Below are positions 12,595 through 25,474 of a DNA stretch of 64,000 nucleotides, in pieces. Source of the stretch: Gekko japonicus (lineage: Eukaryota). The notes under the pieces are model-generated. The model worked only from the letters and a program-made list of their open reading frames with translations. It ran no database searches and was not told where the DNA came from. The first letter of the stretch is position 1. The number at the start of each line of letters is the position of its first letter. The stretch spans positions 62,001-126,000 of the forward strand of contig NW_015160269.1 in assembly GCF_001447785.1 (NCBI RefSeq). Reading direction: 5' to 3'. Both the position numbers and the translations under genes were made by a program.

Positions 12595-15401
12595 GTAAGT
12601 GATATTTGTATTTGATTTGCTTTTGAAGTTGCTCATACTTTATCCTTCCTTCACCAGTGAGCTTAAACAGTGACTTATTGTTTCATTTTTGGCTTACTCA
12701 TTATCCACACTCAGATTTCTTGTATTTTTTAAAAATGAATTATAACGGGTCTGGACTCGCAAACTTTTTTTTGTCCATGTGTGTGTCTTGAATAACAAGT
12801 GGGAACCTGCAAGAACTTGCAAGGGGGGGGGGATCTAATTTCTCCCTTCCCCACTAGTTCCTCTTTCTGTCCCTGAAAGCCCCCCCCATTTCTCCCCTTT
12901 TCCTGTTTCATTGTCTCCTTCCCATCCAACAGACAACCTACCTTTACCTGCCCTGTCTTCAGCTGCCCCCCCAGCCTTTGCCTAAGACCTCCAAACAGAA
13001 AATGATTGTAGCAGAGGACGCCCACCATGGAGAGAATAACAGTCATACATCTCTCCCAGTTATAAATCAAGACATTTCAATCCTCTTCAACAGTGACTGG
13101 TTAAACAGAACACAGAGGAGCCTACTGTTGGTTTTGAACACGTTCTTTTTTGCCAATAATGTATAACTGATACGAGCAATCTATTGGATATATCATTGGG
13201 TTATGACCACTAACCCATCTTTGTACTTTAATAAATGTAATATACAGTTTTTATCATATATAGTTGTGAATCACCTGGAGGTTGGCAACCCTATTGCCTC
13301 TTCTCTTTTTATTCTCACAATAACCCTCTGAGGTAGGTTGGGCTGAAAGCATGTGACTGGCCTTACATCACCTAGTGAACTTCCAAGGCAAATAGGTGAT
13401 TTGAATCTGGGTCTCCCAGACTCTAGCATAAAGCTCTAACCACTACACCACACTGGCTTTCCTAGGTTGAACAGTTACAAGCAGCTAGGGCTAGGTGAGT
13501 CATGTAAGTCGGGTAGTAGCAGGTAGCCGGGTGGTTGCTGCCAGATCTGACCTAGTAACTCCTCCCTCAAAAGCCAAAACAGCCCTGGAAAGGGACTTGC
13601 CCCCACCCCTGCCTTTTTATTGACAAAAACAGAGCCTAGAATGTTGTGGTTGTCTAGCAACAGGCACTGAGAACTTCTGTTTCTTAAAGCTACAGGCACT
13701 CCTTTTTTCATTTTTTAACCCCTCAATGTTTGTTTTTTTTTTTAGATTTCAGATTTTTTTGTATACCTGAGGCATTTTTCAGGTTTGTAGAAAGATCTAT
13801 CTTGCCCGTTCACAGCTCCAATCACCAAAATTTAAGTATCCTCACATTTAGCTGACTTGCCTATTTGTGGGACTGGCTACCCCATTCTCCCCACCTCTGG
13901 TTTTTCCCCTCTCCCCCTACTTCTCTCACACTCTTGCTCCTTCCTGCCTCCCCTTTTCTTTCTCTCTCTCTCTCTCCCCCTTCCATGCCTGTCACTTCCT
14001 TTCTGCCCTCACCCCATCACTCTTTCTGCCCCTGTCACTCTCCCAGCTTTCCACCTACTTCCTCAACCCCCACAGAAGCAATGGCAGCAGCCGGTCTCCA
14101 GGAATCACAACAGATTGCCCAAATACAGAGATCAGTTCCTGTTAGGGTTGCCAGCTCCATGTTGGGAAATTCCTGGAGTTCTGGGGGTGGAACCTTGGGA
14201 GGATGAGGTTTAAGCTTGGAAGTGACCTCAGCAGGGTATAATACCATAACTCCACCCTTCAAAGCAGCTATTTTCTTTGGGGGAACTGATCACTGTCATC
14301 TGGAGATCAATTGTAATTCCAGGAGATCTCCAACCCTCACCTGGAGGTTGGCAACGTTAGTTCTCCTGGAGGAAATGGCTGCTTTGGAGGGTGGAGTCTA
14401 TGGTATTATATCTGTCTGAAGTCCTTCCCTGCCTCAATCCCCACCATCCCCAGGCTCCACCCCTCAAATATCCAGGAATTTCCCAACCTAGAGTTGGCAT
14501 GCCTATCTCCTTCCCACCCAAAAGCCAACCTACCTTTCTCTGCCCTTCTGTCTTCAGCTTTCCGTCTTCTTTCCCCCTGCAGCTTCTATTGAGGAAAACT
14601 ATGGTCTTTCTCCACAATGGGGACTAAAGCAGTTTACATTATTTTCTCCTCCTTTTTATCCACACAGCAACCCTATGAGGTAGGTTAGGCTGGAAGTATG
14701 TGACTCGCCCAAAATTAACCTGTGCGCTTCCACAGCAAGATGGGGATCTAAACCGGGGTTTTGCAAACCCTGTTCTGAAGCTCTGACCATGATACTACAC
14801 TGACTTTCATAGGGTGGCTGGTGTTGAACATGGCAAGCAGCCAGGCCTAGTTGAATCATGCAAGTCAGGTGGTATCAAGTCATCCAGAGGGTGCTGCTAG
14901 GCCTAGGTTTGCCAGCCTCCAGGTGGGACCTGGAGATCCCCCAAAATTACAACTGAACTTCAGACAACAGAGATCTGTCCCCCTGGAGAAAATAGGTGGA
15001 TTCTGTGGCATTACATCCAGCTTTGGCCTCTCCCCTCCCCAAACTCTGCATTCCTCAGACTTCACTGCAGAATTTACAGTAATTCTCCAGCCTGGTCCCA
15101 GGCCTGGCTCCAAAATAGGCCTGTATAGTAGTTACGGGGTTGCAGTACAAAAGACCAAAAGTAAACCAATAGTACTGCACAATGTGCAAAAATATATTCA
15201 AAACCTTATAAATATACAAAAATACAAAGGACAATAATAAGTTTTTGGGTTGTTACAGGTGATAACTGGTGATGGACGAAATTCTCAGAAGTATCTTCCG
15301 TTTCGTGAGAACTTCTTCTACATCAATATTCATCAAGATGTCTTCATCATTTCCTGGATATTTCAAACGGACTCAACGATTCTCAAAAACAGCAACTGTA
15401 T

Positions 15402-15714
15402 TAGGGTTGCCAAGTCGACTCACCCCTTGGAGCGGGGGAGTCTTGCCAGCGTCCGGGAGGTCCGGTGGAGCGCGTGTGCGCCGGCAGCACATCACCGGAA
15501 GTGACGTGCGATGTTGCTAACGTGGCCGAGCTCGTCGGATGGTTCCCCCCCTGACAAGCTCAGCCACGCCCCCAACGTCAGCAACGTGGCTGCATCACCT
15601 CTGGTGACGCAGCTTCGGGGGCGGGGTTCCCCCTGGGGGCCAATTCCGCCATGGCAGAAATCGGGCCTCCGAAGCACGGGATTCCCCGCCCCCCAGGCCC
15701 ATTTGGCAACCCTA
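15402..15714. mobile_element. Young hAT MITE
   Basis: Perfect TIRs TAGGGTTGCCAA / TTGGCAACCCTA. Perfect 8-bp TSD AACTGTAT (15394-15401, 15715-15722). Many intact CpGs. Confidence 0.92.
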
Positions 15715-16540
15715 AACTGTATTCATTCTCCATATTTTCAGAACATAATGCAGAAAGCGGGCTAAATTGCTTTTGGTGGTGAGCAGAAAGCAGGGGGTGA
15801 AATGTCAGGTAACCATTTAAACCCCTGCTTTCTGCTCACCATGGCTTTTTGTGGGGAGTAGAAAGCAGTGGTTTAAATGGCTCCCAGCCATTTAAACCAA
15901 ACAGCTGTGCAGCAGGGAGCACAGCAACCAGTAGGCGACTCACCAGTGGGGGGCTCCCCCTCACTGGTGACATATTGATGTCACCATATGTGATGACATC
16001 ACTTCTGGTTGAGCCAGAAGTGATGTCATTGCAGCACAGGTGCTGCTGATTGTCCTCCATGGCCCCCAGTTTTCTCCCACTACCCAGCTGAGTGGCAGTG
16101 GGCTCAGCTGATGAGGGAGCATCCACAGCCTGAGGACTATGTGACCAGGGATGTGTAGGAAGAGACAGGCCTTTAGATACTGCAAATTTAGCATTTGTCA
16201 CCACTGTTTACCATTGTGTTGTTATCCCAGAAAGTTACATTCTGTATCACTGAAAATTCAGGAAGAAACCTCAACTTTACTTGCAGGAGAAATCTGGCCC
16301 CTCCATGTTTTCTCACATTCCATGCAACCTTTCAACACATACAGAGCAAAAGATCACAATGCTTCATTGTCGGGTTTGGCAACACCTGGCCACACAATAA
16401 TAGTGCCTGTCATTTTATCCCCTCTATCTCTTGCTGCCTTTATGGAATGGGCTATTCAGTTATTATTGCTTTACTGTTTCCAGGAAATTAGCATCCATAA
16501 CACAAACTCATGAAAACTGCCCCTTCCTTGCTGAAGAATA

Positions 16541-16689
16541 NNNNNNNNNNNNNNNNNNNNNNNNNNNNNNNNNNNNNNNNNNNNNNNNNNNNNNNNNNNN
16601 NNNNNNNNNNNNNNNNNNNNNNNNNNNNNNNNNNNNNNNNNNNNNNNNNNNNNNNNNNNNNNNNNNNNNNNNNNNNNNNNNNNNNNNNN
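16541..16689. other. Assembly gap (others at 34541-34584 and 57895-57979)
   Basis: Runs of N. Confidence 1.
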
Positions 16690-17011
16690 CATAGAACGAG
16701 GCATATTCACTGGCAGGTTGGTGACAGACAGTGGCGGTCTAAGAGGTTGAAACACCAGTAACTTGGCTGACAGTCAGTGGCAAAGCTTTGTGCAGTGCAG
16801 TTTATATCTTAAAGCCCCAGATTAGCCGTTTCCTGCTTTGTTATTTGCTAGGTTTCGAGTTTCAGTTACTGGGGGAAAGGGTGACTTCTTGTCAATGAGA
16901 TGGTCTCTAGGCTATGAAACAAGACAATTGGAAATGCTGCAAATGCGATGGGTTTCAGCTCAGAGACAGGCCTCTGTGGATAAATGATTTCTAACAGACA
17001 TCAAAATCATA

Positions 17012-17972
17012 TGTACCCCCAGTTTCTCCCACCAATCCTAGTGGAGGGAAGAAATTATGGGACCTGGGTGTGTTAATGGGAGGGTGTGTGTGTGTGTATG
17101 ACAAGAAAAAAGAAAGTAGTGGTGCCTCCAGCCCACTGGCCTCCATTTCCAAACAGGAGGGATAGCCAGTAGGCAAATAAAGAAGAAGAAAAAACATCAA
17201 ACACAACTCCTGGATGTCCAATCACCTATAACCAAACAAAAGTGGAATTTAAAACAAAAGTATGGTATAATCTAATGAAGAGGGGGAATTAAAACAGGAC
17301 ACACATATGCAAACTCAGATTTAGACAACAGAATGAGGAGTTGGAATGAAAAAAAATGATTAGAGTCCTTTACTCTCTCAAAGTCTCTCACACTCTGCCT
17401 GCAGTGCCTTGGCTGGCTGTGGTGGTGGTGGTGGTGATGCTGCTGTTCTTCAGGCTTTTGTGATGCTGCAGATCTCTGAAGGCTGCAGTTCTCTTGAGGT
17501 CCCTTCTCAGGTAACTTTCTTGCCTGCCCTCAAAATGAGATGGCTTCTGTTTCCCTTCCCCCCCTCAGAACTTTTTCCCCTCAGGACTGTCCTTTTCCTC
17601 AGCCCTCTCCTACGATTCCCCCATAGGGACAAAATACCTCCCTCCAAAATTCAATTAGAAGGCTAAACCCACAGGGTTACTGTTATGTATTGGGACTGAA
17701 TAATTCCAGGTCTGTCGCACCAGAGACTGGCTGAGCTTGAAGCACAAGAACAATAGCCTACCAGGACTCTGAAAGTAACCAATCAAGTAGTAATGTTATG
17801 TAAATAGCCTATCATTGGGAGTGGGGTGTGTTTGGGTGTGGCAATTGCATGCTATTAAACAGAGCTGAGGCTCTGGAGTCTTGTCTTGCTCTTGCTGAAA
17901 TCACAAATAAAGTTAAGCTGATAACTTGACTTGAGCCTGTTCATCCATGGAACCCACTATTTAACAGTTACA
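17012..17972. mobile_element. Probable older solo LTR hosting the 17681-17966 LTR near its end
   Basis: Termini TGTACCCC...GGGTTACA once the inner LTR and one TSD copy are removed. Flanks CATA/TATA resemble a 4-bp TSD. Confidence 0.45.
17681..17966 (+). mobile_element. Gypsy-type solo LTR
   Basis: TGTTA...TAACA termini, internal AATAAA and a perfect 5-bp TSD GTTAC. Same family as the LTR at 21002-21279. Confidence 0.92.
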
Positions 17973-18710
17973 TATACGTATTCTCTCCTGTCTCAGGATA
18001 GTCAGGAGCCATAAGGAATTTTCATTTGTGCAAACAGGTGTGGCACAAGCAAGAGCAATATGAGGACCTCTGAAACACGTTGCCAAAGTACTTCATCCAT
18101 GAGATGAAGGGAGTATTGTTCAAGATGTGGCTTCTGTTCAGTTCCCATGCCCACTCAGTCCGTGGTCACTCAGCAGACACCATCAACAAAAGCTCCATTG
18201 TGATGGTTTGTTTTGGTTCCATAGTTACCACAAAAAAAGAAGAGTGACATTCTTGGAACCCCCAAACTTTCTTGGCAACTATAGCCTGGTGGGCTTTAAA
18301 CATGCAGATTTCTATTTCTTTGTCAAAACTATGTGCTATAATTTGGCAATGGGCATGAAATTATTCCCCATGACCTAACTGGCATTAAATAACAAAGGAA
18401 TCCTAGGATGGTTCAACCACATTTCCTCACTGACCATTAATAGATCACTGTGATACTGTATAGAAATGTGAGCTCCATCCCGTAGCAACTACATTGTTTG
18501 CTCATCTGAGGATGAAAGAAGCAAACCAAAAGAAGCCCTTATCTTGCTAGGGGTTGGTCAGTTCTTCCAATTCGTGCCAGCCTTTGGTTTCATCCTTGAA
18601 GTGTAAACAAATAAGGAGGTGAAGTAACTTAGAGTGATTGTTATGTCGCAATCACCATTTGTGTACAAAGATATTGGCAGAAAATAAGGGGAATCCATAT
18701 TCCTCTAGAG

Positions 18711-19028
18711 CAGTGGTGGCGAACCTATGGCACACGTGCCAGAGGTGGCACTCAGAGCCCCCTCTGTGGGCACATGTGCCATCACCCCAGCCAGGCCCAG
18801 ACCATCATAAAAGTGTCGAATTCTCTGCCAAATAATTTTAAGTAAATGAAAGCATTTGGGATTGCTTTCCTTACTTTGTTTGGATCATCTTAAGTTAATG
18901 TATGAGTTGTTTTTCTAAAGTAAAACCTCAGTATTCAGGTTAAATTGCCGTGTTGGTACTTTGTGATAAATAAGTGGGTTTTGGGTCGCAGTTTGGGCAC
19001 TCGGTCTCTAAAAGGCTCGCCATCACTG
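18711..19028. mobile_element. hAT-Charlie-type MITE
   Basis: TIRs CAGTGGTGGCGAACCT / AGGCTCGCCATCACTG. Perfect 8-bp TSD CTCTAGAG, matching the Charlie NTCTAGAN preference. Confidence 0.92.
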
Positions 19029-19094
19029 CTCTAGAGTATATGAAGCTGCCTTATACTGAATCAGACTGTTGGTGTGTCAAAGTCAGTATTGTTG

Positions 19095-19427
19095 GGCAAG
19101 TGTCCCAACATGGTGCCCATGGTCACCTTGGCAACCACCAATACCTTTTTTTTTAAGAAAACGGGCAGGGTCAGGTGGGTTTTGCCCAGCAAAGCTTCTG
19201 ATTGGCCATAAGTGATTTGATTGGCTGTGTAGATTTTTTAAAAATGTGGCCTTGGCAGCAGCTGGCGCAACACAAAGATTTTTGCTGTGCGACTGAAAGT
19301 AAGCTGCAGCAGCCTTTTTGTGACTGCCTGTGCCTCCATTTTTGTGGCAGCCATTTTGTGGCTGTGCCCACCATGCTCTATCGGAATTCCAAAGTGCCTG
19401 CAGACTCAAAAAAGTTGGGGATCCCTG
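19095..19427. mobile_element. Older hAT-Charlie-type MITE; a second copy lies at ~30052-30395
   Basis: Both copies share ..cccaacatggtgcccatgg.., ggtgggcttttgccca..gattggc and the terminal aaaaaggttgggga(c/t)ccctg. Confidence 0.7.
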
Positions 19428-20224
19428 TCCTAGGGTCTCAGGGTGACGAGTTTCACCTCACCCACTGCCCAATCCTTTTAAAGTGCAGATGCTGGGGGCT
19501 AAACTTGGGACCTGACTATCTGTGAACCATAGGACAAAATATGGCAGGTGTTGAAAAGGGATGGACATAGGTGCTTGATGGTGTTTGACTATGGAAAAAT
19601 CTGCCTCAAGTCCAAATTGAGACTAAATTGCCTGGAAGTTCTTCCCAGCTATGCAGTAGTATGGTTTTATTATTCAGTGACTATTTAGTTTAATAAGAAG
19701 TCAGTTCAGAGATGGTTGCATGAGTAACACTGCTTTACAGGGCAGGACCAAGTTTCAGCCATTCTCTGTCCATAGCAAACTGTAGCCAGCAGTAGATGGA
19801 AGGAATGGGAGAAGGGATTGGGCAGACACAGGCACTGGCTGAAAATGGCAGAAAAGACTAATATGAGGGGAAAGAGACATGCCACAATCCATTCTTCCTT
19901 ATATCAAAAACAGTTGTAGTTGCTGTGGTAAGGATACCTTAGGAATGATTTTTAAACAAATTGGAAAGCATGAGAGAAAATATTGTTATGCAAGTCTTGG
20001 CTTTTTCAAGCATATACTCGTCCATGAATCACTGATCTAATAAACGGTGAAACATCTACAATGAACAGATTTGAATGACTAATAAATATGAATGAGTATG
20101 TTAGAACTTCAATTCTGCACAAAATAGTGCCTGCTTGTCAGGGAGAGATGGAAGGAATGGAAGGGAGACTGGATTATATCATGTGAGAACTTGAATATGA
20201 TTGATATTAGCTCTTTTCTTTCAG

Positions 20225-20391
20225 ATGGGAAAGAAGGAAAGGGCAATTGGGTGTCCAGTGTGGTATTTGATTTAGACCAAATATTTGTGAGAATATTCTG
20301 TGTTAAGAATAGGGCAACAGAAAAGTCTGCTGAAGAAACCATAGACCATCTTTTCTGGAAGCTGGAAAAATATAAGTCCAGAAAAGCATCT
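20225..20391 (+). CDS. Candidate exon 3 (DGKEGKGNWVSSVVFDLDQIFVRIFCVKNRATEKSAEETIDHLFWKLEKYKSRKAS)
   Basis: Strong acceptor gctcttttctttcag|, donor TCT|GTAAGG. 167 nt, phase 1 to 0. Lies within ORF 20191..20457. Confidence 0.65.
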
Positions 20392-20517
20392 GTAAGGGAA
20401 TTACAGATCTCTTGCAGCTTTGACCTTATGAGCTTTGACCTCCTTCTTATTCTGTGATTCCTTGTCAGAAATACATCCTGAAGTTGTATTCATGACTGGA
20501 TTCATAATTATTCTAAT

Positions 20518-23040
20518 CAGGCCCATAGCTACGGTGGGGGATTTCAGGGCCATGCCCTCTTAATTTACAGCCACGCCCCTCAAGTTTACATTACAGGAAA
20601 CGTGTTTTCTTAATAATTAACCCTGGCACTGCCCAAACAGCAAGCTAGTAGCCAGCAGTCAGCTGTCCCGTGAACAGACTTGGCTGGGCTCACTTGCCTA
20701 ACCACTAGAAAGCCTCACATTTCTTCACAAAGGCTAAGCATGCATTTTCTTCAGAAGGCAGAAACTCCACTCTGGGCCAAACCATCCCTCTGAGAAGGGG
20801 GAGTGCCAGAGACATGTTTGAAGGGTGGGAGGAAAAGTTTTCAAAGGAGCCACTCTCCTCCTGCCTGCCTCCTACTCCCTCCATCCCATCCACAGCTTAT
20901 AAGCACTGCTTATACAAGTCCCCGTTTGCTGGAGAGCTTCCCTGGAGGGCTTTAGCTGGAGACAGCAGAGAGCCTGAGGTGGGGAAACTCAGCAGGGGGA
21001 GTGTTATGTATTGGGATTGAATCATCCCTGATTGAATCACCCTAGAGACTGGCTGAGCTCGAAGCACAAGAACAATAGGCTGCCAGGATTCTGAAAGTAG
21101 CCAGTCTAGTAGTAATGTTATGTAAATAGCCTATCACTGGGAGTGGGGTGTGTTTGGGTGTGGCAATTGCATGCTATTTAACAGAGCTGAGGCTCTAGAG
21201 TCTTGTTTTCCTGTTGCTGAAATCACAAATAAAGTTGAGCTGATCACTAGACTCCATCCATGGAACCCACTATTTAACAGTGGTGACAAGGATGGGATCC
21301 TGTTGAGTCAGCCCAGAGCCCATCTGCAAGCAGCTGGCGTTCCAGGCGGGGACTGGTCCAGGATCACGGCGACGCAGCGACGCAGCATGGCCGGAGTCAA
21401 TCGGATAGAGGCCAGCGCAGCAAGTTGTTGCACAGTCGCGGTCTATGGGAGCTTCCCCTGAAGGAGCCGCTGTGGAGCCGCGCCAAACCACCACAAAGAA
21501 GCCACAGGAATATCAAAAGCCAGTGGGGTGCCTGGTAAGCAATCACCTTCCCTACATTGTGTGGCCCTAGCTAGGAAGTTTAAATACCCATGTAAACCAC
21601 TCAGAGCTTCCGGGATGGAGTGGTATAGAAATTGAATTAATATTGCATTGCAACCGGGACCATGGCTGCTGCTCCAGGACATGGCTCACCCAGAGCTTTG
21701 GGAGACCTGGGTGGAGTGGCTCAAGTACTTCGTACTCTTCTAGGACATCGAGGGTGAAGAGAAGAAGAAGGCTCTCCTGCTTAGTTCCTGTGGGATCGCA
21801 ACCTTGAGGCTAGTCCAGGGCCTTATTGCACCCACCACGCTCGAGGTGGCCACTTACGACGCACTCATCAAGGTGCGCACGGACCATTTCGTGCCTCAGC
21901 CAACCAAGATGGAATGTCCCATGGACTTCTACATGCACCAGCAAAAGTCCAATGAGACAGCCGCTGACTTTGTAGTGGACCCCTTCGCAGATTGGCCCCC
22001 ACATGTGAATTCCTGAGCTTCGATGATGCCCTCCTTGACTGGTTCGTGATGGACATCTAAGTGAAGAAACTCCACCAAAAACTCATTGGCCATCAAGTGA
22101 CTCTGAGTGCATCCACCGGCCACAGCCCTGCAGAACTCTTAATGGGCTACCGCCTCATGACGTGGCTGGACCGCCTGCACCCAGACTGAGCCCCAGAGTT
22201 GCACCATACTCCAGTGAGCCCGGAGGCCCCCAGAGGGTTCTTTCCAGCGAACTCTGTCTTTGCACGGAAATATTCCAGTGGTCCCGCGTGGATCCCGGCA
22301 AGGGTTACCCGAGTCACCGGACCCCTATCATATGAGGAATCGATGGATGGGGGCCAGCTACTATGCAGACACATTGACCAGCTCTGCCGCCACCTCCTGC
22401 CCACAGAGCCAGACCTGTCTTTTGCCGAGGAGGAAGATGATGTCCTGGAACCACTGCCGCTACCGCGGCAGACTGAGAACGCCCCCCCCCCCAGACAACA
22501 GCGTGCAGCCAGATGGCCGGGAAGAGGACGGTACTGCACCTGCTGCTTCGGACCTCCCGGACTCTGTTCCCGACTCGGAGGACTCCAGTGCGGGTCCTGC
22601 TTCACCAAGCAAGAGGGGGACTGGAAATGTACTTCTCAATGGTGTGTAAAGCAATACAAAGGCACAGCTGCCCCACAGAGCTCCTCTGAAGTTCCTATCA
22701 ATAAACTGAACTCCTTCCCTCTTCCTGGCTTCACAAATGGGGATTCCTCTCTTGTTCCCGTGCCTGTTGATCCAAGAGGACCTGCCTCTCAATAGCTCCA
22801 GCAGCCTTCATGGAATCTGAGGTAAGGTGAGAGGCTGGGCTGTTGACTCACCCAGGGTGCCTACAAGCAGGACAAGGGGCCGGGGGGGGGGGAGCCACCG
22901 CTGGTGCTGCTTTTGCTTTGCTTCACTTTAAAGGGTCGGGAAGAGAAGGAGGAGGTAATTAGACCAACTTTAAGTAGGTTAACTGTCTTCTAAAAAAAAT
23001 TCATGCCTCCCAAAGAAAAAAAATCCTGGCTATGGCCTTG
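20518..23040. mobile_element. Non-autonomous hAT-like element hosting the Gypsy remnant
   Basis: Ends CAGGCCCATAGC / GCTATGGCCTTG (imperfect TIR). The 8-bp flanks ATTCTAAT and AATCTAAG match at 6 of 8 positions. Confidence 0.5.
21002..22620 (+). mobile_element. Internally deleted Gypsy (Metaviridae) LTR retrotransposon: 5' LTR, PBS, gag N-terminus and integrase C-terminus, with no 3' LTR
   Basis: LTR 21002-21279. PBS 21281-21298 TGGTGACAAGGATGGGAT is complementary to the tRNA-Ser(GCT) 3' end with two CpG-type changes. Gag remnant WETWVE..KKKALLLSSCG..TYDALIKV.TDHFVPQP..QKSNETAADFV at ~21700-22010. Integrase tail VFARKYSSGPAWIPARVTRVTGPLSY..RHIDQL at ~22230-22390. Confidence 0.88.
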
Positions 23041-24332
23041 AATCTAAGCAACATGAAACACCTAGAAGAGCTTAAAAACAATTTTGCTTGATCAGGTCAA
23101 AGTACCATTTATTCACCTTTCTGTCTCTGAAAAAGGACTGCCAAATGCTCCTATAAGAGACAGCCATTTCCTGCTCATTGACTACAGCATCTGATTATTT
23201 GTTTATTTACTTAATTTGTACCCCACTTTTCTCCCCAGTGGGAACCCAAAGGGGGTTACAGTATTCTCCTCTCTTCCATTTTCTCCTCACAGCAACCCTG
23301 TGAGGTAGGTTAGGCTGAAGGTGTGTGACTGGCCCAATGTCCCCAGCAAGCTTCTTGACTGGTGGTTCAAGCCTGGTTCTCCCATATCCACATCCAAACT
23401 GTAACTACGCAGGTGTGCTGTAGATGAATACCATGTCTGAAAGTCCAAATTTTATTTTACTATGGAGTCTTATTCTCCATGAGTTGTCGATGTTTTTAAA
23501 ATCAAAAACAAAAGCTGGAAATACTCTCAACTGCTTATTAAAGAAACAAGAGCCATATACATTTCAAAGCTCTTCCTTGGGCCCATTCTGCACAATGGCA
23601 ACACATTGTTTGACTGATCATCCCTAGTATTCCTTACTGCAGTCATTAAAAAATTGTTTTTTTCAAAGTAATCTCTACTGTTGGGGTTTCCAGCACTGCA
23701 ATCCTAAACAGAGTTTATCTTAAGAAGGGTGTTACTGCATAGGATTGAAAGTGTCATTTTGAACTTCTGTTATTGTAAGGGCATTTCCAAATATTCACTG
23801 ATGTCTATGTGTTTTGATAAAACACAGTAATATAAATGGTAACAGCCCAAGACAACTAGTAAACCGGAAAACAGGCTGACAGTGCTTAGGATGAAATGAA
23901 ATACAATTTCTCCACTGTATTTAACAATGTTATTAATAGCTAATAACACATCCACACTGTTACATATTCTGTCTTTCATATGCGCACCCAAAATACAGAA
24001 AAAGTGGGTTCAAAAGTACAGAAAATAAGTGGGTTGACGAAACTCCCCGGAGTTGATTTTCGTTTCATTCACAGCTTCATCCAAACATACTGAAGCACCG
24101 TAGTAGTCTCTCTTGAAAATCTACTATTCATAGTGTCTTCACATGATATTCCATGCCATGCTTTCAAATACTAGAATGTATCCTCATCCATTTTACTGGA
24201 GAATCTTATCCCGGGCATACAAACAGATCAATACTAAGAACCTTGCCTGTGATAGTTTTAAATGAAAGGGAAAATAATACTTTTGAAACCAAGGCCCACA
24301 ATTAGTATTTATTTCATCAGCAATTTGCTTTA

Positions 24333-25474
24333 TTACAGTGCGTAGAAGTTGTTGCCTTGGAAACAGGTTCCTGAGGAGGTCCTGTTCAAATGAAAGTGAG
24401 TCAGGCTGGACCTAAAGTCAATATCAATAACAAATTAAAACTAAAGAGCTAGTAAGCCAGCAGACTGGACTAACTTTTTCTTTCTTTAATCATAGGTAGA
24501 TACAGACAGGTAATGCAGGATGAGAAAAAGCCAAGAACAGGGGATACTGTCTACTTGCTGGTTTGCCAGACTTGATTTATTTTTTTTATTATTTTCTCAA
24601 AAAAAAAGTGGGATACAGAATAAAATATTGAAACTATAATCAATATCTTCATCACCTTGAATATGATATTCAGATAATTCCAAAACTAAAACAAAGTTAA
24701 TTATTCCCATGGTACTGGTTTGCCAGACTTGAACAAGGAAACTGAATGCTTGGGGCAGGGGGATGTATTTAGAATCTGTATTCCAAGGTTCCTAAATAAG
24801 CCATGTTAACCTAAATCGTCAATTAAGTCCATATATTGCATGAGCTTTCAAATGATATGCAGCTGGTGCAGATTGCTTGAGCAGTCTGAGAGTGTTGATA
24901 GATTGAGATGGACAACACTTACTGCTTATGTGTGTGATCAACTCCAACAGAAAAACTATTTAAATCAGGCTTATAAATAGCCACTCACCTAGGTCGAGCA
25001 AGAATCACCTCCTGGTGAACAGATGAGGAAGTGTAGTAGAAGTTGGTTCTCTAAGACATTTATGTGACAAGGTTGATTTTTTTAAAAAAATGTGGAATTT
25101 TGCATTTCCAAGCAAAATCATGTTATTTGTAGAGGTTTTTATACATTCTTTTTGATGCTATTGGAATGCATCCTCCACAAATGTATGAATTAGTTGACAA
25201 CACAAAATGGAAAAATGCAAGAGGCTTGTTTTTATAGTCTGATAATATGAGGTGAGGTGTTAGTAGAGTATCATTTAAGATTTTGTACTGGGAGGAACCC
25301 AGCCACACTGTCACAATCCTGGTGCAGGTGGAAACTTTTATCATGCTTATTTCCAAGCTCTACAGGAAAGTCAGCTTCAGACGTTCAAACTTCATGACCC
25401 CCGGTGAACCTTTTTATTTGGGGGTTTGGGCTTGACACAACTCCCACCTTTAGTTTTAAAAGTTTTTCTCTCTC
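24333..25474 (-). CDS. Possible last three exons of an antisense gene (25448-25474, 24989-25050, 24333-24411)
   Basis: GT-AG sites and phases (0, 2) join to EREKLLKLK-RTNFYYTSSSVHQEVILARP-RSSLTHFHLNRTSSGTCFQGNNFYAL*. The donor at 24988 is consensus AG|GTGAGT. No homologue recognised. Confidence 0.25.
24496..24509 (+). CDS. Possible 14-nt micro-exon (VDTDS)
   Basis: Long pyrimidine tract actttttctttctttaatcatag|GTAGATACAGACAG|gtaatg. Phase 0 to 2, which is exactly what is needed to use the stronger acceptor at 33546. Confidence 0.3.

Noticed and set aside
15130-15400. Hammerhead-like motif (minus strand TAGAAGAAG..CGAAACG) in a possible Penelope remnant
   Set aside because: The CUGANGA core is not intact, I cannot close the stems, and no Penelope ORF is present.
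17681-21279. A single LTR element formed by the two similar LTRs
   Set aside because: The left LTR has its own TSD on both sides and no PBS. The right LTR is followed by a PBS, so it is a 5' LTR.
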